Shown one piece after another: positions 29,441 to 40,361 of a stretch of 64,000 nt of DNA. This DNA comes from an uncultured delta proteobacterium. Lineage in GTDB: Bacteria; Desulfobacterota; Binatia; UBA9968. The stretch's first letter is position 1, and every line of letters begins with the position of its first letter. The position numbers and the translations under genes are program-made. Under the pieces are notes generated by a model. That model saw only the letters and a program-made list of their open reading frames with translations, was not told where the DNA came from and ran no database searches. The stretch is taken from NCBI GenBank assembly GCA_963745835.1, contig CAVUZH010000018.1, positions 192,001-256,000 on the forward strand, read 5' to 3'.

Positions 29441-30871
29441 TGATCCGGCGGTAGAAACGACTTGTACTGAAATCCAGCCGTCTCCTTCTTGAACGTAGTC
29501 TTTGCCTCTTCTACCAGCTTCGGATCCGTCAGGAAATCGACGACGGAGGCGGCGAGGACTTTGGCGCCGGCCACGGCTCCCTTGTGCGCGATCGAAGTGG
29601 CGGGGGCTACTCCGGCGGCCCAGTGGTGATTGGGAATATTCGGGATGTTGCTGGGAAAAGTCACTCGGCCCGTCGGCACGATCCACGTCACCTCTCCGGC
29701 ATCGTTAGACGAGGCGCCCTGGCGCGATTCGCGCAGCGGCGAGATCTCTTTGTGCAGCCCCTCTTCCTTGCTCTTGAGGTTGCGCTGGAGCGCTTTGGCT
29801 AGGTTATGTTCCTCCTCGGTCCATTTGGGCATGCCGACCAAATCCACGTTTTTCTGGGTCACTTCCGCCATGGTCCGATTGCCGCGCGTTGGCCAGATCG
29901 CGCTGAACACCTGAACGCTGTATTCCGTATCCGTCATGGTCGCCGCGCCCTGCGCGACTTTCTTGGCCTTCTCGAAATTTATCTGCGCCTTATCGATGCT
30001 GGACTCCCGGAAGAACCACCAGATCTTCGCCAGGCCGGGGATGACGTTGGGCTGATCGCCGCCGTAGTTGATCACGCGATGGCTTCGGTGCGTCGGCTCC
30101 AGGTGTTCGCGCAGTTTGTCGAAGCCCATGCTCATCAGCTCCACCGCATCGAGGGCGTCGCGGCCCTGCCACGGCGCTGAGGCGGAGTGAGCGCTCTGAC
30201 CCTTGAAAGTAAACTCCGCGGAGATCAAAGCATACTGGCGGAGGCCGTATTCCGTTCTGAGCTCTTCGCCGATGTGGGTGTGAAAGGCGACGTCGACGTC
30301 TTTGAAAAATCCGTCGCGCACGAAGTAGGGCCGCGGAAGCAAAAGCTCTTCGGCCGGCGCGCCGAAGACTTTGAGCGTGCCCGGCAGCTTGTATTCGTCC
30401 ATAGCCTTTTTCACGGCGAAAGCCGCGCCGACCATCACCGCCGCGTTGACGTTGTGGCCTTCGGCGTGTCCGGGAGCGCCCTCGACGAGCGGCTTATGCT
30501 CCGGCACTCCGGGCGTCTGGGAATTTCCCGGCGTGGTGTCGTATTCGGTGTGAATCGCGATTACCGGATGACCGGAGCCGTAGGTCGCCATGAACGCAGT
30601 GGGCATGCCTGAAATCCCCCGTTGCACCTTGAAGCCGGCATCCTCGAGAATCTGCGTCATCAGCTTCGCGGTCTCGAACTCCTGCATGCCGAGCTCGGCG
30701 AAGTAGTAGATGTTGTCGCCTAACAGGGCGATGGCCTTGCTGTTGCGCTCCACGACTTTGAAGATGAATTCCTTTTCCTTACTTGGAGTGGGTTTCTCCG
30801 CCGTGTCGGGCGGCGGATGCCAGAAGCAGCAAGGCGGCGAATGAGAATACAAGTGACTTTTTCAAGTACAT
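29347..30871 (-). CDS. M20 amidohydrolase (AbgB-like), exported; probable frameshift in the signal peptide
   Basis: AELGMQEF, EYD, GHAEGHN, GAPAEE, PWQGRDALDAVE, QPNVIP; RBS GAGGAGG before ATG 30871. Confidence 0.88.
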
Positions 30872-31245
30872 GAATCGGGCCTCCTCAATTGCGGCATGTA
30901 ACATTGACGAACAGGAAAAACGCTACACCGCTCAGCTCTACGTAGTCAAGAAAACAACCTGAGAATAAGCTGACATTGGCAGTCCGGAGCAAACAACTTA
31001 CGTTTGCTACGCATCTTAGCGCCGCTTACGCTGTTGAGTGTCATCCGTAGCGAGTCTACCGACCAGCTTCTTTTGAGCCCTGGCGGATGCATCGGCGGCG
31101 CCTCGAGATGCTCCTGTTGCCTTCAACGTTGGACATGTACCGGATAAGAAGAAGGAGAGTAAACTGGGTTTGAGTCATAGTCCAGGATGCTGATAAATTC
31201 ACGAGAAACTCGGGTCTAATTGTATTTGACAACTGGAGGTTCTAC

Positions 31246-32262
31246 ATGGCTGGTTATGCCCTCGTAATCATTTTTCTTTTTCTTCCTATCGGGTTGCTTA
31301 GCGCGCAGACTCTTAAGACAGTCCGAATGATGACGCCGACGATTGGGGTCAATGTCCTGGTATATGAAGCTGCCAATCGGTTTGGCTTCTACCGTCAGGA
31401 AGGATTTACGATCGAGCTCATCCGCGCGCCGTTGGGCACGTCGATTCAGGCGGTCTTAGGAGGAAGCGCAGATTACGTGCGGCATGGATCGGCGGTTGGT
31501 GCGATTTTGGGGGGCGTACCCTTCAGGGCCTTGGCGGTGGATACCGACAGATCGCCGCATTACATCATCGGCAAGCGCGAACTTGCCAATGTGCAAGATC
31601 TGGCCGGCAAAACCGTAGCCATCGACGATCTCGCCGGCTCTGCGTATTGGGCGACCAGGGAAACTCTCAGTAAGAACGGTATCAACCCCGATAAGGTTAA
31701 CTTTCGACGCATGGGCGGACCGGAATTACGCCTGCAAGCCCTTCTCGCCGGCGTTGTCGACGCCGCGCCTCTTAACTTTGTCCTCAGTGGACGGGCCCAA
31801 GAAAATAATTTCAAAGTGCTTGCCTATACGGGAGATTTTGTCAGCGATGTTCAATTGATGGTTGCCGCGCCCACAGACAAAATAAAGAGATCACCGGAGG
31901 AAGTGTATAAATTTATCAAAGCGACCCTCAAAGCTAGAAAATTTCAATTCGAGAATGAACCGGAGGCCTATAAATTTTACTTGGAACTCGAGCGGCTAAG
32001 CGACAACAAGTTCGCGAGGGAGGGTTGGGAGGCGCGCCTCAAAGGGTCATCGCCGGAAGCCCGTCTGGCAATGCTCAGCAACGCGGGCATGCTCGAAAGC
32101 ATCGTCACATGGAAAGAGCAAATGGCTCTGGCCGGACGGCCATTGAAGATCGAAGGGCGCGCCGAGGATGTGTACGACTTCTCATTCGCTAAGCGAGCGC
32201 ACGAGGAAATCAAAGCGGAAGGTTGGGATGCTAAGAAGTATCGGTACACGCCGAAAAAATGA
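31246..32262 (+). CDS. ABC-type substrate-binding protein, NMT1/SsuA/THI5-like
   Basis: Signal peptide, GFYRQEGF, DLAGKTVAI, RLQALLAGVVDAA. Confidence 0.88.
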   Translation: MAGYALVIIFLFLPIGLLSAQTLKTVRMMTPTIGVNVLVYEAANRFGFYRQEGFTIELIRAPLGTSIQAVLGGSADYVRHGSAVGAILGGVPFRALAVDTDRSPHYIIGKRELANVQDLAGKTVAIDDLAGSAYWATRETLSKNGINPDKVNFRRMGGPELRLQALLAGVVDAAPLNFVLSGRAQENNFKVLAYTGDFVSDVQLMVAAPTDKIKRSPEEVYKFIKATLKARKFQFENEPEAYKFYLELERLSDNKFAREGWEARLKGSSPEARLAMLSNAGMLESIVTWKEQMALAGRPLKIEGRAEDVYDFSFAKRAHEEIKAEGWDAKKYRYTPKK

Positions 32263-32300
32263 GCTACGAATTAACCCTAATCCGACATTATTCGAATCCC

Positions 32301-32439
32301 GCGAGGCCAGCGAGCCCTACAGCCGTGGGCAATGGGACAGTGCCTTAAAGGCCCACCCCGCATTCCCCTAAAGGATGTTTGTTACGTCAAGGGCCTTAGA
32401 GCCAACTGCGTGCTCGACGCCCACGGCTTCCAGTCTCGC
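32301..32439. other. Long imperfect hairpin between convergent genes
   Basis: Nested arms GCGAGGC/GTCTCGC, AGCCGTGGGC/GCCCACGGCT, AAGGCCC/GGGCCTT. Confidence 0.55.
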
Positions 32440-32498
32440 CATCCCCGTTCACTGCTGACAACGCTCAACTATTGTCGGAGTAGGTTAACAGTATGATC

Positions 32499-33509
32499 TC
32501 AGTAGGGACCGGCGAGCTCGACGCCGCGGTAGGTTTCTGGAGCGAACAAATCCTCGACGGATAGTTGCTTGGTGATCATACCCTGACGAAATGAATACCT
32601 GAGGAAGGCTTCCAGCACGGACCGATTCTCTTCAACCCCGTACATGAAGGGATCAGCGCCGATCTGCTCACGCGTCTCTTCCAAATGTGACCAAAGCCAC
32701 GGAAGCGAACAAAAAAGACCGCCACCGTAGTGGAATTCCATGTGGCGCATACCCTGGATCTTTGCCCTCACAAAAGCCTTGTATAGGCTTGCAGCGACCC
32801 AAGGATTTTTCTCATAGATCTCCCGCTTCAGCGCAACCATATGCATGATCGGGAAGATCCCCGTTTGCTTAAAATAGGCGAGCTCGACGTCTTTATAGTT
32901 TGGGAAAAGACGCCCTACGTTCGGAGAACGATTGCGAAACGACGGCGGCGGCGTGGCGCCCATGAGAGCGTCGATTTCTCCGCGATCGAGCATCTCATCC
33001 AAAGATTGGCGATTGGAAATCGTCACGGTGCGTACGTTGGACGGCAATGCGACAGGAACCCGCTCGGTGTAATTTTTCGGCTCATGATAGCCGCCAAAAT
33101 ACCACTCGATTTGTTCGGCTCCCACACCATACTCGTCTTCCAGAATGCCGCGAATCCAAACTCCGGCCGTCTGCTGGTACTCCATGGCGCCGACCCGCTT
33201 GCCTGCGAGGTCTTGTGGCTGCCGGATGCCGGATTTGGTGTTGATGTAAATATCCGAGTGGCGGAAGCGGCGTGACGGAAACACCGGAATGCCTATTAGG
33301 CGGCGGTCCCCCTGAGAAAGCAGAATGGTGTATGTCGAAAGCGAAAACTCCGATGCATCAAATTCAGCGTTGCGCGCCTGGCGCCGCTGAAATTCGCCGG
33401 CATGCATCATGACAAAGTTGAGATCGATACCCTCCGCTGATACAGAACCATTTTGCAGCGCCACTGTCCTGTCGTAGAGACCCCCTGCATACGTCAGCTT
33501 GAGTTTCAT
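32499..33509 (-). CDS. 4,5-dihydroxyphthalate decarboxylase (Pht5)-like protein
   Basis: YDRTVAL, EFDASEFSLS, IPVFPSRRFRHS, EYQQTAGVWIRG, TGIFPIMH. Confidence 0.85.
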   Translation of the reverse strand: MKLKLTYAGGLYDRTVALQNGSVSAEGIDLNFVMMHAGEFQRRQARNAEFDASEFSLSTYTILLSQGDRRLIGIPVFPSRRFRHSDIYINTKSGIRQPQDLAGKRVGAMEYQQTAGVWIRGILEDEYGVGAEQIEWYFGGYHEPKNYTERVPVALPSNVRTVTISNRQSLDEMLDRGEIDALMGATPPPSFRNRSPNVGRLFPNYKDVELAYFKQTGIFPIMHMVALKREIYEKNPWVAASLYKAFVRAKIQGMRHMEFHYGGGLFCSLPWLWSHLEETREQIGADPFMYGVEENRSVLEAFLRYSFRQGMITKQLSVEDLFAPETYRGVELAGPY

Positions 33510-33522
33510 TCAAAAGATCCTC

Positions 33523-33909
33523 TCAGCTCTCAACTTCCGCCACACATTCAATCTCCAGTAAGAAGTCCTTATTGGTCATGGTAGCTTCAATAGTTGTTCG
33601 CGCCGGGTAACTGCCTTCCTTGAAGTAGGTCTTATAAATTTCATTCATTTCGGCGAAGTCGCGTATGCGGGCCAGAAAAACATTCACCTTGACGACCTTG
33701 TCGAGCGATGATCCCGCCGCCTCCAAGAGCGCCTTGAGTCCTTGCATCACTTGATGCATCTGCGCTGGAAAATCTCCCTTCGCGATCTGGTAATCGGTCG
33801 TAAATGGGGTGCTTCCCGAGACGAAGACGAGATTTCCTACTTTGACGGCGGGTGATAGCGGTACCCGAGGCTTGGCAACTTTATCGCTGGTAATGATTTG
33901 CTTCGGCAT
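33523..33909 (-). CDS. RidA/YjgF family protein
   Basis: LSPAVKVGNLVFVSG, VVKVNVFL, MNEIY..PARTTI, LLEIECVA. Confidence 0.93.
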   Translation of the reverse strand: MPKQIITSDKVAKPRVPLSPAVKVGNLVFVSGSTPFTTDYQIAKGDFPAQMHQVMQGLKALLEAAGSSLDKVVKVNVFLARIRDFAEMNEIYKTYFKEGSYPARTTIEATMTNKDFLLEIECVAEVES

Positions 33910-33921
33910 GTGGACTCCTTT

Positions 33922-35244
33922 TTATTTGGCTGTGCCATTCGGGAGGGTGTATTGTTTGAAGCCGTCGAGCCAATTTACGTTCTTCGGCAAGCCAAGGGAT
34001 AGCCCGCGGATACCGCCGTAAATCTCGGGGTTTCGTGCACACGGAGCTGGCATGCCATTTTCCCGCAACCTGTAGGCCGCTTCCAGCAGTTTGCGGCGAA
34101 CCATAATGATGGGTTCGTCAGCCTGCGTTAAATTTTCCTTGGTGCGGTCACAGATCGGGCCTTGGCTTTCAGAGACTGCTACGTCTTCTAAATGTACGGT
34201 GGGGATGCCGAAGCGTTTGGTCCTATGGACATTCCAATCCATGAAATAGTTATTGGCACGGCTGGCAGCGAGGCGTATATGGCCGTACACTTCGGGACCT
34301 GACGGTAGGTGCTCAAATTCGAACCCTTTGCACTCCGATTCTGTCAACGGTCTGACAGGGCTCCATCTTGGCCGCCAATTAACCGTATGCTCGTCATCCG
34401 CAGGCACCCACATGTGACCTAAATAAGCATCTTTTGGATCACCCGGCGGCATGGTGTAAAACGGAAAAAAGAAAAGATTGATGCGCCAGAGATAGGAGTC
34501 CTCTCCAACGTTTCGACGGCCTGCCATAACGACGCCGTAATCCGTCTCGTGGGCCTCAACTCGGGGAGTTCTTTCTCCGGTGTTAAACGCGTCGCGAAAC
34601 GCTTTGCTGAGACCCTTATCTGCACTCAGTCGTGATTGTGGACGGTTTGCTTCTTCGTCCTGCAGCGCGATTCTCTGCAGTGGACCGTGCAAGAATGCTC
34701 CGTGGGCAGGGTCTATTCCCCCCTCCATCGCCTGAAGGTAATTGCAATGCTGGTAGTCCCGATTTCGGAGAAACCGTTGTTCCTCCGGCACGATCAGAAA
34801 TTCTAAATCAGGGACGGGCGGCGGCTCAGCCGATGGTCCCATGTAAGTCCAAATCACACCGCCCTTCTCGACACAGGGATAGGCCGGGTGCTTTATTTTT
34901 TCTTTGAACTGATGCTCGGGCGGCACATTGGGCATCGCCAAGCACTGACCATTCAGGCCGTATTTCCATCCATGATAGACGCAGCGAATCCCATCGCGTT
35001 CGATTTGGCCAAAGTAAAGCGATGCGCGACGATGTGAACATAATTCTCCGACCAATCCGACTTGGCCTTCGAGTGTCCGAAAAGCCAGGAGATCCTCGCC
35101 AAGAAGTTTGACACGAATCGGTGGGCCGCCGCTTTCCAAGTCTTCAGAAAGAAGCACCGGAAGTTGATATTCTCTGAACAGATTGCCCATCAGAGTTCCT
35201 GGTCCCACCCTACACAGAAGCTCGTTCTCTTCGTGAGTCAGCAT
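33922..35244 (-). CDS. Rieske non-heme iron oxygenase, phthalate 4,5-dioxygenase-like alpha subunit
   Basis: CRVGPGTLMG, CSHRRAS..CVYHGW Rieske motif, EGGIDPAHGAFLH, EDVAVSESQG. Confidence 0.92.
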   Translation of the reverse strand: MLTHEENELLCRVGPGTLMGNLFREYQLPVLLSEDLESGGPPIRVKLLGEDLLAFRTLEGQVGLVGELCSHRRASLYFGQIERDGIRCVYHGWKYGLNGQCLAMPNVPPEHQFKEKIKHPAYPCVEKGGVIWTYMGPSAEPPPVPDLEFLIVPEEQRFLRNRDYQHCNYLQAMEGGIDPAHGAFLHGPLQRIALQDEEANRPQSRLSADKGLSKAFRDAFNTGERTPRVEAHETDYGVVMAGRRNVGEDSYLWRINLFFFPFYTMPPGDPKDAYLGHMWVPADDEHTVNWRPRWSPVRPLTESECKGFEFEHLPSGPEVYGHIRLAASRANNYFMDWNVHRTKRFGIPTVHLEDVAVSESQGPICDRTKENLTQADEPIIMVRRKLLEAAYRLRENGMPAPCARNPEIYGGIRGLSLGLPKNVNWLDGFKQYTLPNGTAK

Positions 35245-35271
35245 CTCAAGTTCTCTCCTTAGAACGTGCGG

Positions 35272-36045
35272 CTAATCCGCGATTACACGGTGTGCCTTTA
35301 GAAATTCAAAAATAGCGTCATTGAACTCGCGCGGTTTTTCGAAATAGACGGAATGTCCCGAATCGGCGATTTCGTGGTATTCCGAGTTCGGAATGAGTTG
35401 GTGAACTGCTTTTATTAGGTCAGGTGGAAAAAGGATGTCTTTCGAACCGACTAAAAACAAGATCGGAATTCCACTGGCCGAAAGTTGGTCTACGGAAATA
35501 CCAGGCAAACTGCCGCTTAAACTCTCACGGGCGTGGCCGTTGAAACTGTTCAATTCCGTATAAAGATGCGCTAGCACGGGCTCTCGTTCGCGAAATTGGC
35601 TACTCAGAACTCGGTCGAGCTGAGATAGACCCGAGGTAGCGCTGCGAACGGCTTCCATACGCGGGCGGAGGGACTCAGGTATCGTGAAGCCCACTAGAGT
35701 ATCCGCCAAGACTAGGGCGCTGACCTTTTCCGGATGACGAACGGCGAGACTCGCGCAGCTTCCACCGCCCATTGACTGTGCGACAAGCACGGCCTTGGCT
35801 ATTCCGAGATGGTCGAGAAGGTCTTTGAGATCGTCGGCAAAGCGCGATCGATCAGCTCCACCTTCAAGATCGCGCGAGTTACCAAAGCCACGGTGATCAA
35901 AGATTACCACTTTGAACCAACGGGAAAAAAACGGTACTTGATTAAACCACGACGCATGATTGCCGCCCATCCCGTGTGCAAGAACTAACGCTGGGCCATC
36001 GCCGTGAACCTCATAATAGATACTTGCCATGTTGCTCACTTTCAC
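35272..36045 (-). CDS. Alpha/beta hydrolase
   Basis: LAHGMGG, FDHRGFGNS, AQSMGG, SGHSVYFE. Confidence 0.92.
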   Translation of the reverse strand: MKVSNMASIYYEVHGDGPALVLAHGMGGNHASWFNQVPFFSRWFKVVIFDHRGFGNSRDLEGGADRSRFADDLKDLLDHLGIAKAVLVAQSMGGGSCASLAVRHPEKVSALVLADTLVGFTIPESLRPRMEAVRSATSGLSQLDRVLSSQFREREPVLAHLYTELNSFNGHARESLSGSLPGISVDQLSASGIPILFLVGSKDILFPPDLIKAVHQLIPNSEYHEIADSGHSVYFEKPREFNDAIFEFLKAHRVIAD

Positions 36046-36407
36046 CGAGCTAGTTTCTCGTCGGATAGCCGATCTTTTCGATTAGCTATTATGAGCATGG
36101 CGCAGCTGTCAACAGCTCGATTGCTGGTAACCTGATTCTCCGTAATCCGTTTTGTCTCAACGAAGCTAGTACCACCCACATCGCATGATATTTGTCTAGC
36201 CGGCTTGTGCGCGCTCTTCGTTCGATTTCTGCGCAATCTAAATCGTCGTCGCCCCGAGAAATCCCCCGCGGCGTTCGACCGATTTATTTCGCAGCACCCT
36301 GACAATACACGATGACAGTGACGGTCCATAATCGGAGGAGACTCGTCACGTTCGTAGTCTCCAAGTAATTCCTAAGCATTTTGCGAGAGCGAGTGTCAGT
36401 TCAAAAG

Positions 36408-36422
36408 TGGCATATCGGTTGC
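36408..36422 (+). promoter_or_regulatory. Sigma54 (-24/-12) promoter
   Basis: TGGCAT-ATCGG-TTGC with GG and GC 12 bp apart, 40 bp before ATG 36462. Confidence 0.65.
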
Positions 36423-36461
36423 GCCGACCTACCGAGATTCTTTCAATTCGCGGAGGTTGGC

Positions 36462-38114
36462 ATGAATAACCGTCGGTTTCGTCTTTTGTCGCGCAGCTGC
36501 TCGTCCATTATTGCGCTGCTTACATTAATAATGTTCCTGACGAACTCGATGCGTCCGGCATGGGCGATGGACTCAGCTCGCGGCGGCGCCCTGCCGCAAC
36601 CGCTGCCGCTATTTCCCGCCGATAACTGGTGGAACTTGGATATCAGCAGCTGGCCGGTGGACCCGAATTCGACGAGCTTTATTTCCTTTATCAATAATGG
36701 TGCGACGAGGCGATTGCATCCGGACTTCGGCGGCAACGCGGGGACCGGAAACGCCATTTACGGCATGCCTTACGCCGTCGTTACCAATGTTGCCGATGCT
36801 GATCTCAAGGCGGTGCAGTTTCAATATTCAGATGAGAGCGACGGTGTCGAACATTCGACCGATATCAGCTTCCCATTTTATCCGATTCCGTCCGATGCGA
36901 TTACACAGCCGTTCTGGATCGAGGGCGGCGATCCCGGCAATGTCGATCTACGCAGCAGCCAAGACCGTCACCTGCTGATCGTCGACAAAGATCGCAATCA
37001 CCTCTATGAGCTGTACAACGTCTTCTACAATGCGACGCAGGGCAAGTGGTTTGCCGGCTCCGGCGCCTTCTTCGATATGAACACAAACAATCGGCGCCCG
37101 AATACGTGGACCTCGGCGGACGCCGCTGGATTGGCGGTACTTCCCGGTTTGGTTCGCTACGATGAAGTGTACGACCCGACTCTTGCGGAAATTCGCCATG
37201 CTTTCCGGGTGACGGTGCGCGCTACGAATGGTTACGTTTATCCGGCATCGCATCGCGCCGGTTCTACAGCGGGCGCTTTGCCGATGGGCGCGCGCTTGCG
37301 CTTGAAGGCTAGCGTGGATGTGACGCAAAGAACGACCGATCCCAATATACAAAAAATCTTTCGAGCGATGCAGAGATATGGTCTCATCGTCGCCGACAAT
37401 GGCTCGGACATGTATGTCACAGGAACGCACGACACCCGCTGGAACAACGACATCTTGAATCCTGCCTTCAGAAATCTCTCGGCCAGCGATTTCGAAGTTA
37501 TCGAGCTTGGCTATAATCCGGCTATCGCGGCGCCTGCGTCCTTGGCATCGGTCAGTATCAAGCCATCGAGCATTACCGCAGGCCAGCCGGCAACCGGCAC
37601 GGTGACTTTGTCGGGCGCAGCTCCGGCTGGCGGTGCCGTCATAAGTCTTGCGAGCGCGAACCCAGCCGCATCAGTGCCTGGTTCGATCACTGTACCGGCA
37701 AGCACGTCGTCGGCGAATTTCACCGTGAGCACGTCGACGGTAACGGCGACAACGGTGGGAAACGTTACCGCGAGCTACGCCGGCATAAGTAAGTCGGCGA
37801 CGTTGACGGTCAATCCAGCGGCTCCGGCGATATTGCTATCTCTGAGCTTAAACCAGAAAACGGTTGTGGGTGGATCGAGTGTGGCGGGAACCGTGACCTT
37901 AAACAAGGTAACGTCGACTCCTGTGGTGGTCACGGTTGCCAGCAGCAAGCCAAAGAACGCGGCGGTGGCCGCAACCATGACTGTTCCGGCGGGCGCGAGT
38001 TCGGCGGAGTTCAACATCGCCACGATGCCAACCAATAAAAAGATCAATGCGACGATCAGCGCGTCCTACGAAGGTGTGACGAAGAGCGCGACATTGACGA
38101 TCGTCAGAAGATAA
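36462..38114 (+). CDS. Secreted protein: conserved domain of unknown function plus two Ig-like repeats
   Basis: RBS GGAGG, signal peptide, FPADNWWN..ADAAGL..PGLVRYDEV..PMGARLRLK..YGLIVADNGS; two ~97-aa repeats (GTVTL..ASY.G..KSATLT). Confidence 0.85.
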   Translation: MNNRRFRLLSRSCSSIIALLTLIMFLTNSMRPAWAMDSARGGALPQPLPLFPADNWWNLDISSWPVDPNSTSFISFINNGATRRLHPDFGGNAGTGNAIYGMPYAVVTNVADADLKAVQFQYSDESDGVEHSTDISFPFYPIPSDAITQPFWIEGGDPGNVDLRSSQDRHLLIVDKDRNHLYELYNVFYNATQGKWFAGSGAFFDMNTNNRRPNTWTSADAAGLAVLPGLVRYDEVYDPTLAEIRHAFRVTVRATNGYVYPASHRAGSTAGALPMGARLRLKASVDVTQRTTDPNIQKIFRAMQRYGLIVADNGSDMYVTGTHDTRWNNDILNPAFRNLSASDFEVIELGYNPAIAAPASLASVSIKPSSITAGQPATGTVTLSGAAPAGGAVISLASANPAASVPGSITVPASTSSANFTVSTSTVTATTVGNVTASYAGISKSATLTVNPAAPAILLSLSLNQKTVVGGSSVAGTVTLNKVTSTPVVVTVASSKPKNAAVAATMTVPAGASSAEFNIATMPTNKKINATISASYEGVTKSATLTIVRR

Positions 38115-38131
38115 GTTTTATCTGCTTCGGG

Positions 38132-38171
38132 AAAAGGCCACCTTCGGATAAGACCGCAGGTGGCCTTTTTT
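38132..38171 (+). terminator. Rho-independent terminator
   Basis: AAAAGGCCACCT..AGGTGGCCTTTTTT just after the stop codon. Confidence 0.85.
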
Positions 38172-38773
38172 ATTCGCATGACTTTGTCTTTTCGGCTCGA
38201 TGTTCTATTCAGGTTTTTCGAGGAGAATCTGCGCTATGAAAGTTAGTCATGCGCAAGGTTCGGCTTCGGTCATGGCGCTCGGACGTCTGGCCAACGACAA
38301 TAGTGGCGGAATAAGTGCGAATGCAAGAAAGAGGTTCTTATCACGTTCATCTCCTCGGGTTACTGTTTGCCCGTGAAGTAAAAATTCGGGTCGAATCCGG
38401 AGCTAGATAGTTGGCGTTGCTCTTGTTTGTTGTCCGACGCTCTGCGGGCTGTGTATTATTCTCCGGTTCATTCATTTAGCACCTGACTCTCATGCTCCGC
38501 CCGAGTGGATTTTGGCTGGCGATTGCAAGTGCGATCTCATCGTTGGGAAGAATAGATAATCCTCGAGGTACGAACGTAATCTTCTCAGTGATATGGTTGC
38601 GAAAAACGTCCGCGTTTTTATTAACCGGGAGCAGCATGTGCGCTTCGAGCCTAACCCTAATAACTTTGAAATCGGCTGAGGGAACGAACAGCATCGACAC
38701 CCGCTTCGGCAAGGCACTCAACGCGACGACTAATTGAAAGTGCGATCATCAAACGAGCTAACCTCTCCTGAGG

Positions 38774-40093
38774 CTAGTTTGTCGTAGCCGGACTCACCCG
38801 CCAGATGATATTTCCAACATCGTCTGCAACAAGCAGGGCACCTGAATGGTCTACCGCAATCCCCACTGGACGGCCCAGGGCTTGGCCGTCTGCAGTGACA
38901 AAGCCATCGAGGACATCCTCGGGCATACCGGAAGGACTTCCATCCGTGAACGGCACAAAGATAACCTTGTATCCGCTGCGCGGTTCCCGATTCCATGAGC
39001 CATGCTGGCCGACGAAGGCTCCTCCAGCATAATGTTTCGGTAGAAGATTTCCCTGATAAAAGGCAAGCCCGAGCGAGGCTGTATGCGCGCCGAGTGCATA
39101 ATCTGGTACGAGGGCTTTAGCGACCAGATCGGGACGCTGCGGATTCACCCGAAGATCGACATGCTGACCAAAATAGCTGTAAGGCCAGCCGTAAAAACCG
39201 CCATCTTTCAAAGCCGTCATATAGTCCGGGACAAGGTCGCTGCCGATTTCGTCGCGTTCATTGACAGTAGTCCAGAGCGCGCCGCTCTGCGGCTGCCAGG
39301 CGAGTCCAACCGGATTGCGTAGGCCAGAGGCAAAGATCCGTACTCGGCCGCTTAGACGCTCCACCTCCAGCACTGCGGCGCGGTTGATCTCTTTCTCTAC
39401 ACCTTTTTCGCCCGCGTTGCTGTTTGAGCCGACCGTCACATACAGATGCGAACCATCGCGGCTGGCAATTACATTTTTGGTCCAGTGATGGTTAATCGGA
39501 CCTGCCGGTAGATCAGCGAGCTTTACACCCGGCGCGGTGATCTGCGTTTGGCCTTGTCGATACGGATATCGTATCAGGGCATCTGTGTTGGCGACGTAAA
39601 AATCATTTTCTACCAATGCCATACCGAAGGGTGAATTTAGCTCCTGCAAGAAGACCGTCCGCATATCCGCAATACCATCCCCGTCGTTATCGCGCAGCAA
39701 CGTAATGCGATTGGCGCTCTGCACGCCCGCACCAGCGCGTTTCTTAAGCAGCTTCATGATCCAATCTTTGATGCCTTTGCTGTCCTTCGGCGGGGCATTC
39801 GTTTCGGCGACCAGGACATCACCGTTGGGGAGAACATAGAGCCAGCGGGGATGATCCAGTCCGGTTGCATAAGCGTTCACGGAAAGTCCCGCGGCTGCCA
39901 TCGGCTTCGCGCCGCTGGGCCAACCTTTTGCTGGAGCAATATTAACGGTGGGAATTAGCGTAGGGTTTGGCGCCGGTAGCGTCGGCCGCGGGCCCATACC
40001 GGCTTCCAAGGGCAATGTCGCCCTTTCGCCACAGGCGATTATGTTGAGCAGCAACGAGCTCAGAAGCAGGAGGGAAATGATAGCTTGAGTCAT
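38774..40093 (-). CDS. L-sorbosone dehydrogenase family (PQQ-dependent sugar dehydrogenase-like) lipoprotein
   Basis: [50 protein letters not shown]. Confidence 0.92.
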   Translation of the reverse strand: MTQAIISLLLLSSLLLNIIACGERATLPLEAGMGPRPTLPAPNPTLIPTVNIAPAKGWPSGAKPMAAAGLSVNAYATGLDHPRWLYVLPNGDVLVAETNAPPKDSKGIKDWIMKLLKKRAGAGVQSANRITLLRDNDGDGIADMRTVFLQELNSPFGMALVENDFYVANTDALIRYPYRQGQTQITAPGVKLADLPAGPINHHWTKNVIASRDGSHLYVTVGSNSNAGEKGVEKEINRAAVLEVERLSGRVRIFASGLRNPVGLAWQPQSGALWTTVNERDEIGSDLVPDYMTALKDGGFYGWPYSYFGQHVDLRVNPQRPDLVAKALVPDYALGAHTASLGLAFYQGNLLPKHYAGGAFVGQHGSWNREPRSGYKVIFVPFTDGSPSGMPEDVLDGFVTADGQALGRPVGIAVDHSGALLVADDVGNIIWRVSPATTN

Positions 40094-40361
40094 GGGGATC
40101 TCAGGTCTTTTACTTTTGCTGTTTACCCGTGAGCTCGAGTGATCGGTGATTGAGGAATAGCGTAGTCCGAGAAGCTCGCCACATCAACGGTGAGATGATC
40201 GTGGAGTCAAGTGATCGCGGGACCAAACTGAAAGTAGTTGTTTTCCGTCTCCTTATAAGCGCCCAAGTTTCACAGGGGGAGGAAGCTTAAACGCCTTGAC
40301 TAGTCGACTGCAAAACGAGTAGGAACAGAAAACCCACTGCCCACGGAAAGGTATTCTGGCG

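Noticed and set aside
38200-38740. Small ORFs 38476..38721 and neighbours
   Set aside because: No recognisable motifs or clear RBS; possibly decayed foreign DNA, but unsupported.
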